Position numbers and translations under genes: made by a program. 20,781 bases of DNA, taken from positions 1-20,781 of the forward strand of contig JAEORO010000123.1 of assembly GCA_016840855.1 (NCBI GenBank), given 5' to 3'. Under the pieces are notes generated by a model. That model was not told where the DNA came from. It saw only the letters and a list, made by a program, of their open reading frames with translations, and did no database searches. Origin of the DNA: Candidatus Thorarchaeota archaeon (GTDB lineage Archaea > Asgardarchaeota > Thorarchaeia > Thorarchaeales > Thorarchaeaceae). How positions within the stretch are numbered: position 1 is the stretch's first letter; the number at the start of each line of letters is the position of its first letter. This document shows positions 1-7,508 of this stretch, in pieces.

Positions 1-618
1 GAAGCAATCCAACCGGAGGGGGACTGTAACTCCATTGGTGCCTTGGAAAGCATTGCTACAATTGTCGATTTAGTCGATGTGCCTGTAATAATCAAGGAAA
101 CTGGAGCGGGGATTTCTAGTGAAGTTGCTAAAAGCTTGGAGGAAGTTGGCGTTGTGGGAGTCGATGTTGGAGGTGTTGGAGGGACTAGTTGGGCCGGGGT
201 CGAGTACTTCCGTGCTCAGAAAGAGGATGATGATCTTAAAGCACAGCTTGGCCTTGAATTTTGGGATTGGGGAATACCCACTGCATTGAGTGTGATAATG
301 GTACTAGATTCCACGGAGCTTGACGTCATTGCCACGGGTGGGATTCGTAGTGGACTTGATATTGCAAAAGCCCTCTCTCTTGGAGCCACTGCTGCTGGTA
401 TCGCTCATCCACTACTCAGACAAGCCGTTTATGGTTCATCACTTGATGTTGTGGTGGAGCTTGAACGGTTTTTGGAAGGTCTAACAGTAGCTATGTACCT
501 TACAGGGTCTCAGAAGGTAGAGGACCTCTCATCGAAACCGCTCATCTTGAGTGGCAAGCTTGTAGAGTCATTAGAATCACTCGGGATTGACTACCAGAAA
601 GTTGCTCGTGGGATTTGA
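1..618 (+). CDS. fni: Type 2 (FMN-dependent) isopentenyl-diphosphate delta-isomerase, 5'-truncated by the window edge
   Basis: Frame +1 is open from base 1 (EAIQPEGD...), so the track start at 43 is not the true start. IDI-2 motifs: QPEGD, PVIIKETGAG, DVGGVGGTSWAGVE, WGIPT, IATGGIRSGLDIAKALSLGA. Confidence 0.93.
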   Translation, partial: EAIQPEGDCNSIGALESIATIVDLVDVPVIIKETGAGISSEVAKSLEEVGVVGVDVGGVGGTSWAGVEYFRAQKEDDDLKAQLGLEFWDWGIPTALSVIMVLDSTELDVIATGGIRSGLDIAKALSLGATAAGIAHPLLRQAVYGSSLDVVVELERFLEGLTVAMYLTGSQKVEDLSSKPLILSGKLVESLESLGIDYQKVARGI

Positions 619-619
619 A

Positions 620-2026
620 CTAGATTACTCCCGCATGCTGAAGATACTTTGAACGCATTCGTATCCCATTCAACATCTGCACAGCTTCTTCTATGGTGTC
701 CCCTACTGAAATTCCATTTAATTCAAAACCACGGATAATAACTTCATATTTTTCCAAGTCTGGGACATATGCAATGACTGTTTTCTGATGACGCTTAGCA
801 ACATTTGCCACTCGAGCTCCAATCTGGAGGGAGATGCCTGGCGCATATGGTAAGAGAAGCAATAGAGCCGCATCAATTGTGTCAAATCCGAGCATTTGGT
901 CAAGAACTTTTTCATAATCTATGTCTGATGCACTGCCAGTGAGATCACATGGATTTCGAAAGGATGCAATACCTTGATACTCTGGAGTCATCATATCTCT
1001 CATCGATGCTTGTTGCTCCTTGTCAAAGAGTGGCATCAAGAGACCATATTGTGCAGCTTCATCACTTGCGATTACTCCGTGACCACCACTAACCGTCAAG
1101 GTGCCAACTCTGGAACCTTTCATAGGCTTAGGTTTGAAAGAGAACACTTTTGCATACGCCATCACTTCATCCTCGTCTAGAGCGTGAATAACACCATATT
1201 GGTTGAAGGCGGCATTAGTAATAGCGTGGTCTCCTGCAAGTGACGAAGTATGACTCTGTGTCGCTCGATGACCAGCTTCTGACTCTCCTCCTTTAAGGAC
1301 CACAATTGGTTTCTTTGGCACAATTTTTTCGCACGCCTCAACAAAATCTCTTCCTTCTCCAGGTGCGAATCCTTCAATGTATGCCAAAATTACATCTACC
1401 CGATTATCGTTCCCAAAATACTCAACGAAGTCAGTCACTCTCGTCTGTGCGGCATTACCAATTGATATTGCAGCAGCAATTCCAACATCCCTACCAGCAA
1501 ACTCCTCAAGCCTTTCTATTAGCCATCCTCCGCTCTGAGAAATAATAGCAACATTTCCTCTTCTGGGTCGAGCAACACGTTCTGACGGTAGGAAAAATGT
1601 ATCAAGAACATCTGGCACAAAAACTCCTATGCAGTTTGGTCCGACCATCGTTATTCCATATTTGTTAGCAATATCGACAATCTCAGACTGAAGGTTAGCA
1701 CCAGCTTCTCCAACTTCACTAAATCCACCAGAAACAACGATGACCGACTTGATGTTCTTTTCTCCACACTCAGTCAAGATTCCGGGTACATATTTTGCTG
1801 GGACTGATATAACAACAAGGTCAATGTCATTTGGAGCGGCTGTAAGGGACTTATGGACAGCAATTCCTTCAACTGTCCCTCCCTTAGGATTGATAGGATA
1901 TGTGGGAAGTCCATTTTCGAAGGCAAGCTTCCGAAAAATGACATTACCTGGATTGAACGGGTTCGTTGTTGAGACGCCAACCACAGCTGCTACTCTTGGA
2001 TTTAGCATCTTCTTTAGGCCTATCAT
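620..2026 (-). CDS. acdA: Acyl-CoA synthetase (ADP/NDP-forming) alpha-subunit-like protein (CoA-binding + ligase domains)
   Basis: CoA-binding Rossmann start (VAAVVGVS, YPINPKG, DLVVISVPA), SGGFSEVG, GPNCIG, SQSGG, SIGN, YIEG, phospho-His motif QSHTSSLAG, TVSGGHG and NPCDLTG. No ATP-grasp domain is present. Confidence 0.85.
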   Translation of the reverse strand: MIGLKKMLNPRVAAVVGVSTTNPFNPGNVIFRKLAFENGLPTYPINPKGGTVEGIAVHKSLTAAPNDIDLVVISVPAKYVPGILTECGEKNIKSVIVVSGGFSEVGEAGANLQSEIVDIANKYGITMVGPNCIGVFVPDVLDTFFLPSERVARPRRGNVAIISQSGGWLIERLEEFAGRDVGIAAAISIGNAAQTRVTDFVEYFGNDNRVDVILAYIEGFAPGEGRDFVEACEKIVPKKPIVVLKGGESEAGHRATQSHTSSLAGDHAITNAAFNQYGVIHALDEDEVMAYAKVFSFKPKPMKGSRVGTLTVSGGHGVIASDEAAQYGLLMPLFDKEQQASMRDMMTPEYQGIASFRNPCDLTGSASDIDYEKVLDQMLGFDTIDAALLLLLPYAPGISLQIGARVANVAKRHQKTVIAYVPDLEKYEVIIRGFELNGISVGDTIEEAVQMLNGIRMRSKYLQHAGVI

Positions 2027-2117
2027 CTCTTACCCTCGTGAATCTTTTCTCTGAGTTGTAGCTGTCCCTTATATGGGCTATGGATACGAATATCTTGAGA
2101 AATCTTATAATAATGAC

Positions 2118-3185
2118 TCAAGGTTTCATCTGAGCTAGAATCTCACTTGTTCTAGGTTCAGCCAATATCGCGTGCTGAAGTTTACCAAGCAGCTTTGCTA
2201 TCTCTGCATAGATTACCTGACGAGCAGGATCTGACGCTGAGGTCGCATTTTGAATAGCTTCCTCTACCTCTTGATTCAGTCGTTTGATAATCCGCTTTTC
2301 TAAGTCTGGCCCACCCCATCCAAATCCATCGAAAGCTGTTTGAGCCTCTAGGATTTTCTCTTTGACATCCAGCTTATCCTCTTTAAGAACAGGTTCTATA
2401 CCTTGGAAATACTTTGCAACAGCTCTCTCTACTCTTTCCATCTCTGAGCCATTCAAATAACTCTCTTGTTGACGATGTTTCATGAGATCCTGTAGGAGCC
2501 GAGCGCCTGGAGCTTCTGTGAGAAGTCCTTTAGCTATTTTTACTAGGATACGTGCTGGTAGTTCAATTACATCTCCGAAAAATGGTGACTCGGATCTATA
2601 TCGATGAAGCTCTCGTAGTGACTCCAACCAGAAAGTTGGAAGGAGAATGTGACACCGACCTGAATACTGTTGTATCAATCTTTGACTTTGACCTATCAGG
2701 CCAAACAAATCATCTTCAACGTCCACTTTCCGATAAATTTCTAATGGCTTTACTTGTTCCTCACCTACAAGAGGTACTAATTCAACATCCTTGCTCTGTG
2801 CAGTTCCCTCCACAGAAGCTACTCCTCCCGGTGGAGCTTCTTTTCCATCAAGAAGGGAGAGTATCTCCTGGGCGGCTTGTCCGGACTCCATTTGTTTGGC
2901 CTTATCTGACAACTTGGGTAGGAGACTCTCTATCTGTGAAAGGCGTTTCACAATGAGACTGATAATATTTTGAGTTGAAGGTGGCACTCCTTTCATTGTG
3001 GTGGCTTCTTCCATCCATTTCCGTGTCCTTAGAAGCCCTTGAGTTAATGAGTCCACTCTGTCAGGGTCTATTGTTTCTTCAACCTGTGTGCTAATTAGAA
3101 AGTGGATGAGTGTTGAATTCAAGGTGACAATAAGAAGAAGTCTATCAATGAGATCTTCGTATTGAAAAGAAGAGGAGTCAGACAT
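2118..3185 (-). CDS. Hypothetical alpha-helical protein (355 aa), third gene of the tubulin-like operon
   Basis: Long ORF with a strong Shine-Dalgarno GAGGTGA in the 16-nt gap after the upstream stop. Two helical-looking halves are joined by a G/P/A linker (GKEAPPGGVASVEG). No family motif recognised. Confidence 0.8.
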   Translation of the reverse strand: MSDSSSFQYEDLIDRLLLIVTLNSTLIHFLISTQVEETIDPDRVDSLTQGLLRTRKWMEEATTMKGVPPSTQNIISLIVKRLSQIESLLPKLSDKAKQMESGQAAQEILSLLDGKEAPPGGVASVEGTAQSKDVELVPLVGEEQVKPLEIYRKVDVEDDLFGLIGQSQRLIQQYSGRCHILLPTFWLESLRELHRYRSESPFFGDVIELPARILVKIAKGLLTEAPGARLLQDLMKHRQQESYLNGSEMERVERAVAKYFQGIEPVLKEDKLDVKEKILEAQTAFDGFGWGGPDLEKRIIKRLNQEVEEAIQNATSASDPARQVIYAEIAKLLGKLQHAILAEPRTSEILAQMKP

Positions 3186-3201
3186 TCTGTCATCACCTCT
3201 C

Positions 3202-4596
3202 TTATTCCATTGTATCGCCCGGAGTCATATAATAGCTGAATAACTCACGAAAATCATTGATTGCATCAACTAGTTCTTTTCTAGTAGTTCCTTTTGATCT
3301 CATAAACCACCCCTGCTTTAGTGGGGAGGCTCCACTATGCAAGTTAACTAGCTGTGTTGCTTCATTAATTATCTGGACGAGTTCTGGAATCTTGGGTAGA
3401 CCAAGAAGAAGCAGCAGATTGGTCTTCGGGTCTTCTTCATGGTATTGTACATAGCATGGAGTAATCGCAGCACCAGGTGCGATGAACTTGTCAAGTGCCT
3501 CCTTCAGATGCATTCCAAACTCCGCCTTCGCTACATGCCTAGGTCCAGACAGGACATAGTAAACACTCTCTGCATTTGGTTCTTCGCCAACATCTGCATA
3601 GGAGCACTCCGTCACTGCATAGTCAATCATTGTTCTTAGTTGTTTGGCCATACTACCTGCATCTGGAATCAAACCAATGTCTGTATAGAGTGCAGGAACC
3701 ACGATTGGGTCAAGTTTTCTAGCATAGTCAGCCAAGTCAGTCGTAGGGAACACATCTTTTGATTTTTCCCAGACACCAGGAGAGAGCATTGCTTCAACAA
3801 CATCTAGCGCCAAGGGATTAACAAGCTCAACAAATGCTTGTTCAGTTCGAGCTTCTAAGTCGGAGCTCTCGTCTAGTGTTGATGGTACCATCGTTTCAAT
3901 TGAGTCAATGTCCGCAATATCGACCTCAAGCTCCCTTTGTAGATAATCCACCGTATCGCCCTTTCTCCATTGGAGGATTCGTTTCAGCATTGTCCTATTT
4001 GAGAGTAGAATCGTTAGATCTGCTCCACGCTCTTGCAGCTGTGCTCTAAGTAGCTTTGATACAGCCCAAATCGAGTTCAAGGCTTCACTTGACTGTCCTT
4101 CAAATGGAAGGATTCCAACGACATAGACGAATATTCGGCGTCCCTCTTCTTCTTGGAATCTCTGTTTGAGCAACTCAATTAGAGCTGGTGTACCTCCACA
4201 TCCAGTACCACCGCCTAGACTTGTGAAGATACAAAAACCAGACACCCCTTCAAACCCAAGATTACTAAGCTGGTCAAAGATGATGTCTTTGGATTCCATA
4301 ATCGAATTATACCCATCCATAAATCGACCACCCACACCAATTTCCGAAGCACCATAGAGTAGCGTATTTTCTTTGGGGATTCCGTACTTCTGGCGTACCT
4401 TGGTCAGGTCTGCTCTGTCAGTGTTTATCAAAAGATATCCTCTGACTCTTGATGGTAGTTTCTTGTCTCTGCTGGTTTGGAGATATGACCCTACAATGTT
4501 TGAGCCACATTCACCAATTCCAATAGCGAAAACTTCAGCTGCTTTTGTTGTATCATCAATCTCAACAGGTTTCTTTGGTGGACCGCTTCCGAACAT
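3202..4596 (-). CDS. Divergent tubulin/FtsZ-superfamily GTPase
   Basis: T1-like AIGIGECGSNIV, LINTDRADL, T3-like GVGG, signature SLGGGTGCG (GGGTGCG at 4215-4195), GILPFEG, LLSN, and T7-like TTDLADY (3744-3724). Confidence 0.92.
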   Translation of the reverse strand: MFGSGPPKKPVEIDDTTKAAEVFAIGIGECGSNIVGSYLQTSRDKKLPSRVRGYLLINTDRADLTKVRQKYGIPKENTLLYGASEIGVGGRFMDGYNSIMESKDIIFDQLSNLGFEGVSGFCIFTSLGGGTGCGGTPALIELLKQRFQEEEGRRIFVYVVGILPFEGQSSEALNSIWAVSKLLRAQLQERGADLTILLSNRTMLKRILQWRKGDTVDYLQRELEVDIADIDSIETMVPSTLDESSDLEARTEQAFVELVNPLALDVVEAMLSPGVWEKSKDVFPTTDLADYARKLDPIVVPALYTDIGLIPDAGSMAKQLRTMIDYAVTECSYADVGEEPNAESVYYVLSGPRHVAKAEFGMHLKEALDKFIAPGAAITPCYVQYHEEDPKTNLLLLLGLPKIPELVQIINEATQLVNLHSGASPLKQGWFMRSKGTTRKELVDAINDFRELFSYYMTPGDTME

Positions 4597-4608
4597 TGGT
4601 TTCTTCTC

Positions 4609-7299
4609 CTATTTCTTCCGTGAACCGACTAGAGCTTGGGCGCTCTCTTTTATAGCCCAGCTTAGGTATGAACTAATATCTTCTCGGCTATAGGTTTCTC
4701 TTATTTTCCTTATTGCATCTTCAATGAACTTATCGCGTTCATCCTGTTTTGCTGCAGGACTAAATCCAGTCATGAACATTCTAAGGGACTTGTGCCAGTC
4801 ATCCATTGAAATGGCTTTATCCAGCCATTGGCTCCTCATTTCCTCTAACTCGTGGAAGTTAGCGATTGCCTGGTCTAGGTCGACCGCTTCGGTAAGACTA
4901 TCTTCCAACGTCTTCATTTTCTTGATATTGAACACAAGTTTGCTGAAGTCCTCTGGATATTTCTCAGCAACTCGTTCAATTGTAGAATAGTATTGACTTT
5001 TTGTTCTCAAATCAGTTTCATGAGTTTCCCCACTCTTAGTGGCTATGCTTTTAATCATCTGCAACATTTCTTCCTGTATGTTTGCGAGTGTAAGGCAAAC
5101 ATCAAGTGCTTCATTTACATGAGGTGAGTCTGTTTCCAGTTTTGATGGGACTTTATCAATAAGCACCTTTAATCGCTCAACAAATTCAGACATTCCTTGT
5201 TGTTCAAATAGTGATAAAGCTCCTTTGATCTGAACGTATGCCTCATCCACACGTTCTCTTATCTTCTTGTGAACATTTGGTGAGGTAGTTAAATTCTGGA
5301 GCTGATCGAATGCATCTGCAGCTTCTTCGAGCTCCGATGGAGGCTTATTTTTGAGGTCATTGAGCATCTTTAGCTCTTTCTGAAGCTTCACACCAATGCT
5401 ACTTGCACGTTCTAAACTAGTTGTGAGAGAGTCAACCTCAGTACCAAGCTTCTCTATTATTTTGTCTTGGATTTTCTTTTCGTATATTTCAACCATTTTT
5501 CGTGCAATGGCTGGAAGACTGAATACCGTATCAGCTGCAACACCAACATTATTCAGTTCACTAATTGCTTCTTGCGCTTCATGAGGTATCTCTACTCCTG
5601 CACCCATCAATTTTGCAGCTGCAAGCCTTATTTTAACACCAAGTCTGTATCTAAGATTCTCAAGAGCATCTTGAGCTTTAACAAGTATGCCATCTTTGAT
5701 AGAACGCATCTCTGATTTTATCTCAGCAAAATCTTCCATGCTTTGAATTCGAGTAGCGCCTTCATCGAGCTCAACAATAATCGGCATGAAAATCTCAGCG
5801 TAAGCAGGTTTTACAGTTTGAAGGTCATGAACAATTGCGTCAATCTCTTGTTGACAAGCTTCTCGGAATGTTGCAACACCACTCTCAACAGCACTTCTTA
5901 GACTTGTCAAAGAACCAAGTAGGTATACAATTCCGCCTTCAAGTTCCTCAACCTTTGGGGCTTTCTTACTCAATTGAGCATGGTCCAGAACCCTGTCAGC
6001 TGAAGTTGCGAGCTCATTGAATTTTGCTAGATAGCTGCGAATACTATCTGTGATGTTTTTACGAAAGTCATCATCCATTCCTTTTGCTTGGAGATATACT
6101 CTGACCATCTCATCAATGTCAGCTGTCTTCAAAGTTTTCTTCGAATTAGCAATGAATTGGCGGACAGCAACAACATCTTTTATTCCTGCATCTTCCGGGG
6201 CTTCGGTTGCTTTTTCAACGTCATCTAATAGCTCAAACAGACGTTCTCTAAGTGCAATTTTCACTTGCCCTTCCCATTCCACCATCCGCTGATAACTAGA
6301 TAATAGAGGGGCAACGTTGTCTCCTTCAACATTTACATTTGGCGGGGTTGGAATCACCTCTGCAGTTGTTGGGATACCACCTTCGACAATCTTCGTTGTG
6401 ACTTCGTGCTTAATGTTTATTATTTTATCACGGAGTGCATTAGCCATCTTAACTTGAGCCGAATGAAGCTGATTCTCAAGAGACACGAGTGCAGTAAGTG
6501 TATCAGCTTTTGCAGCATCCCTAGCAATTAGACGGAGTTCTTTAGAGAATTCCATTGGCAGTTCGAGACCTAACCTAGCTGCAGTTTCAACTGATGCTTG
6601 AAGGGATTCTGTTGAACCCACGAGAGAAGTACCGAGTAATTTGCTAACTTCATCCTTTCTCCCGTCTAGAAATTCTCTATCCGATTGTAGTTTATCGTTT
6701 AGAATTGTTAGATCTCTTAGCGATAGACCTATGACCTCATTATTTGAAACAGTCGTGGCCACTTCACTCTTATCAATCGTGATATGTCTCTCATAGGTTT
6801 CCACAGTAGCTTTGTTTTCATCGAGAGTTGATTTAACATCTCGCGCAACATCTTCAAGAATGACCATGTATAATTTTGAGAAAGCTTTAGCAAACTCATG
6901 AAGTTTTTCGAAGTCTTTGAAATCGCCTGCTCCTATTCCTGGGAAATTCAGAGCTGATATTCCTTTTACTTCTGCAGGTTTGAAAGTTTGAATTTTCGGT
7001 GCGATAGCTAGTGTGTCTTTGTGTTCTTTTCGGAAGTACTCTGCAAAGTCACGAGTAACTCTCATGAAATCCGTTTCAAGGTCGTTAGCTGTTTTCTCAA
7101 CTTGAGCTTGAACCTTTCTCTTTTTCATAAATCCTGATGTAGCGAGATCGTTCTCCATCTTTGTCAAGTTGGCAAAGATATCATAGAGTTGACGCACCTG
7201 ACGGTCCGCTTGTTCTTCCATTCCAGGATTTACTGAAACAAGGATTCCTTTTAGTTCGGCGAGTTTATCTAATTCTCGTCTCCATCCGCTAGTGTCCAA
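4609..7299 (-). CDS. Large all-helical/coiled-coil protein (896 aa), first gene of the tubulin-like operon
   Basis: TTG start preceded by GGAGG. E/K/A/L-rich heptad-like sequence throughout, with no Walker A motif, TM segment or signal peptide seen. Confidence 0.85.
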   Translation of the reverse strand: MDTSGWRRELDKLAELKGILVSVNPGMEEQADRQVRQLYDIFANLTKMENDLATSGFMKKRKVQAQVEKTANDLETDFMRVTRDFAEYFRKEHKDTLAIAPKIQTFKPAEVKGISALNFPGIGAGDFKDFEKLHEFAKAFSKLYMVILEDVARDVKSTLDENKATVETYERHITIDKSEVATTVSNNEVIGLSLRDLTILNDKLQSDREFLDGRKDEVSKLLGTSLVGSTESLQASVETAARLGLELPMEFSKELRLIARDAAKADTLTALVSLENQLHSAQVKMANALRDKIINIKHEVTTKIVEGGIPTTAEVIPTPPNVNVEGDNVAPLLSSYQRMVEWEGQVKIALRERLFELLDDVEKATEAPEDAGIKDVVAVRQFIANSKKTLKTADIDEMVRVYLQAKGMDDDFRKNITDSIRSYLAKFNELATSADRVLDHAQLSKKAPKVEELEGGIVYLLGSLTSLRSAVESGVATFREACQQEIDAIVHDLQTVKPAYAEIFMPIIVELDEGATRIQSMEDFAEIKSEMRSIKDGILVKAQDALENLRYRLGVKIRLAAAKLMGAGVEIPHEAQEAISELNNVGVAADTVFSLPAIARKMVEIYEKKIQDKIIEKLGTEVDSLTTSLERASSIGVKLQKELKMLNDLKNKPPSELEEAADAFDQLQNLTTSPNVHKKIRERVDEAYVQIKGALSLFEQQGMSEFVERLKVLIDKVPSKLETDSPHVNEALDVCLTLANIQEEMLQMIKSIATKSGETHETDLRTKSQYYSTIERVAEKYPEDFSKLVFNIKKMKTLEDSLTEAVDLDQAIANFHELEEMRSQWLDKAISMDDWHKSLRMFMTGFSPAAKQDERDKFIEDAIRKIRETYSREDISSYLSWAIKESAQALVGSRKK

Positions 7300-7341
7300 G
7301 ATGCCTGCCTCCGTCTAGTATGGCTTTTTGCGTGAGGATGT

Positions 7342-7355
7342 CTTAAGTTCTTTCT
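7342..7355 (-). promoter_or_regulatory. Putative BRE/TATA-like promoter of the coiled-coil/tubulin operon
   Basis: Minus strand reads AGAAAGAA-CTTAAG about 43 nt before the TTG at 7299, followed by GGAGG. Spacing fits an archaeal promoter with a short leader. Confidence 0.5.
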
Positions 7356-7444
7356 GTGTGGGTCCTCCCTTTTCAACGATTTTATCATGTATTGAAGCGC
7401 TCTAAATTGCTGTTTTACGCTCTCTGACATCATTTTGACATAGT

Positions 7445-7460
7445 TAGAAACACCCTTAAG
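7445..7460 (+). promoter_or_regulatory. Putative BRE/TATA-like promoter of the WD40 gene
   Basis: AGAAACACC-CTTAAG about 48 nt upstream of ATG 7509, followed by a GAGGAG SD. It mirrors the element on the opposite strand. Confidence 0.45.
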
Positions 7461-7508
7461 CACTCCAAAATTCGGAATGTTAATTGCTAAATCCTTAGAG
7501 GAGAGACT

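Noticed and set aside
620-2026. acdA-like gene as a fourth member of the tubulin-like operon
   Set aside because: There is a 91-nt gap with its own TATA-like ATATAAG (~2074-2068) and the function is metabolic; likely independently transcribed.
3202-4596. Calling the gene ftsZ, cetZ, tubZ or a true alpha/beta-tubulin
   Set aside because: The motifs are mixed and no canonical partner or context is present; the subfamily cannot be assigned without phylogeny.
4609-7299. SMC/Rad50, dynamin or phage tape-measure protein
   Set aside because: No Walker or GTPase motifs, no hinge recognised, and no phage genes in the window.
2118-7299. TubZ-type plasmid or phage partition cassette on a mobile element
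   Set aside because: No small DNA-binding gene, iteron array, integrase or obvious compositional shift; the flanks are housekeeping genes.
7269-7463. 64-aa (54-aa from ATG 7433) basic ORF upstream of and overlapping the 896-aa gene, as a possible leader peptide or TubR-like partner
   Set aside because: It overlaps the 896-aa gene start by 31 nt, spans that gene's likely promoter and SD, and has no recognisable fold; probably spurious.
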